Shown: positions 62,939 through 64,000 of the stretch, piece after piece
How positions within the stretch are numbered: the stretch's first letter is position 1
Layout of the letters: each line of letters begins with the position of its first letter
Assembly: GCA_965178125.1 (NCBI GenBank)
Contig: OZ237737.1
Location: 186,001 to 250,000 of the forward strand
Direction of reading: 5' to 3'
DNA: 64,000 nt
From: Bilabrum cf. latius
Taxonomy: Eukaryota
Notes under the pieces: model-generated
Told to the model about the DNA's origin: nothing
What the model saw: only the letters and a program-made list of their open reading frames with translations
Database searches by the model: none
Translations under genes and position numbers: made by a program

Positions 62939-64000
62939 ATGGCTGGCGTAGCCGGATCTGGTGACGGCGGAAAGGCAGGCGGGGGCTCCGGCTCGACGAA
63001 ATTTCCGTCTTTCGGCGCAAGCGATGACGCGGTGCTGAAGGCTTGCAAGCCCGATGCACCTGAAACATTGGGCGGCTGGGTGGAAGACACAGAGCCGGAG
63101 CACCCGAGCGTCGTGATGCATATGATCCGCTCGCTAATGCCCGGGTAGGACCTAACGCGTGTGACTATTCCATCGTGGTACTTGGAGAACCGGTCGCTTC
63201 TGGAGAAGTTTACTGACGTAATGATGCATCCAGAGATGGCACTCAAGTGAGATTGAGGACTGTTTCTAACTCAGCCTTGTATCGGTTTTGGGCGGCCAGT
63301 GTCGGGTCTCGATTGTTTTCACGGATTTATCTCTTCTACGGTAGCGCTAAGCGGGACTCGTTCCACCAAGTATTTATTTAGTATTCTTATCTAAGAATAA
63401 TTGCTATGTGGCTGGGCCCAGCGTGATAAGCGGCCATTAAATGCATTGGTCACCATCAACTGCCCTCCTCGCTTGCCATTGCCCATGCCAACTAGACAAG
63501 ACTGAGCACACGGTCCCTCCCCTCTCCGTCTTGAATGATCGTAGGGTGGTAGAGATGAAGACGCCTCACGAGCGCATGCTGCAGGTAGTCCGCTGGTTCC
63601 TTTCCGCGTGGCACTACAAGCTCAGCGGAATCAAGAAGCCGTACAACCCCATCATTGGGGAAACGTTCGCCTGCTACTGGCCGCACGAGGACGGCACCAA
63701 GACGCAGTACCTCGCGGAGCAGGTGCTGCACCGACCCCCAGTCACTGCGCTGTACATTGAAAACCGGAAGCGGGGCATCGTGTGCGACGGTTCCATCTGG
63801 ACCAAGAGCCAGTTCCAGGCCCCGCAGACCGCGGCCTCCCTGCTGGTGGGCAACGCCCGGCTGAACCTTATCAACCTGGACGAGCTGTACCACGTGACTT
63901 TCCCTAACTACTACGCGCACAACCTGCTGATGGGCACCATCCGCACCGAGGTGGGCGACAAGTCGGTCGTGATTTGCGAGAAGAGCGGACTGCGGGCCGA
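62939..64000 (+). CDS. Oxysterol-binding protein-related protein (3'-partial)
   Basis: PG[TAG]DLTRVTIP...LE.RSLLEK, intron 63247-63544, ERMLQVVRWFLS, KKPYNPIIGETF, YLAEQVLHRPP. Confidence 0.9.

Noticed and set aside
1-64000. Pseudogene cluster or sequencing errors explaining the internal stops
   Set aside because: The interruptions are only TAG, never TAA, TGA or frameshifts. They hit essential genes with intact motifs and are shared between paralogs.
1-64000. Pyrrolysine, Leu or Glu meaning of TAG, or programmed readthrough
   Set aside because: Informative columns (Rab11, carboxylesterase, paralog CAG) point to Gln. Up to ~10 TAGs per gene in varied contexts is incompatible with leaky readthrough.

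Overview
This window is GC-rich, very gene-dense eukaryotic nuclear DNA with short GT-AG introns, frequent head-to-head gene pairs and low-complexity G/A/S-rich linkers. It resembles a heterotrophic protist, possibly a Cafeteria-like bicosoecid stramenopile (inference only). I resolve about 23 protein-coding genes and one tRNA-Glu. The main result is a non-standard nuclear genetic code: TAG is a sense codon for glutamine, while TAA and TGA remain stops. The supplied standard-code ORF track therefore fragments almost every gene. By hand count, about 75 in-frame TAGs interrupt 21 of 23 genes, and no internal TAA or TGA is needed. TAG sits at conserved Gln positions (Rab11 KA[TAG]IWDTAG, carboxylesterase HRAAA[TAG]SG) and aligns with CAG in an in-window paralog. 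Other notable items are an inverted paralog pair encoding a CX5R phosphatase-like protein with an apparent ~950-bp gene-conversion tract, a La-motif/CCR4-Angel nuclease fusion, a probable Leu-dehydrogenase pseudoenzyme, a complex I B14.5b-like subunit with a long extension, CENH3, and a 25x33-bp coding minisatellite. All coordinates assume TAG=Gln and were derived by manual reading.
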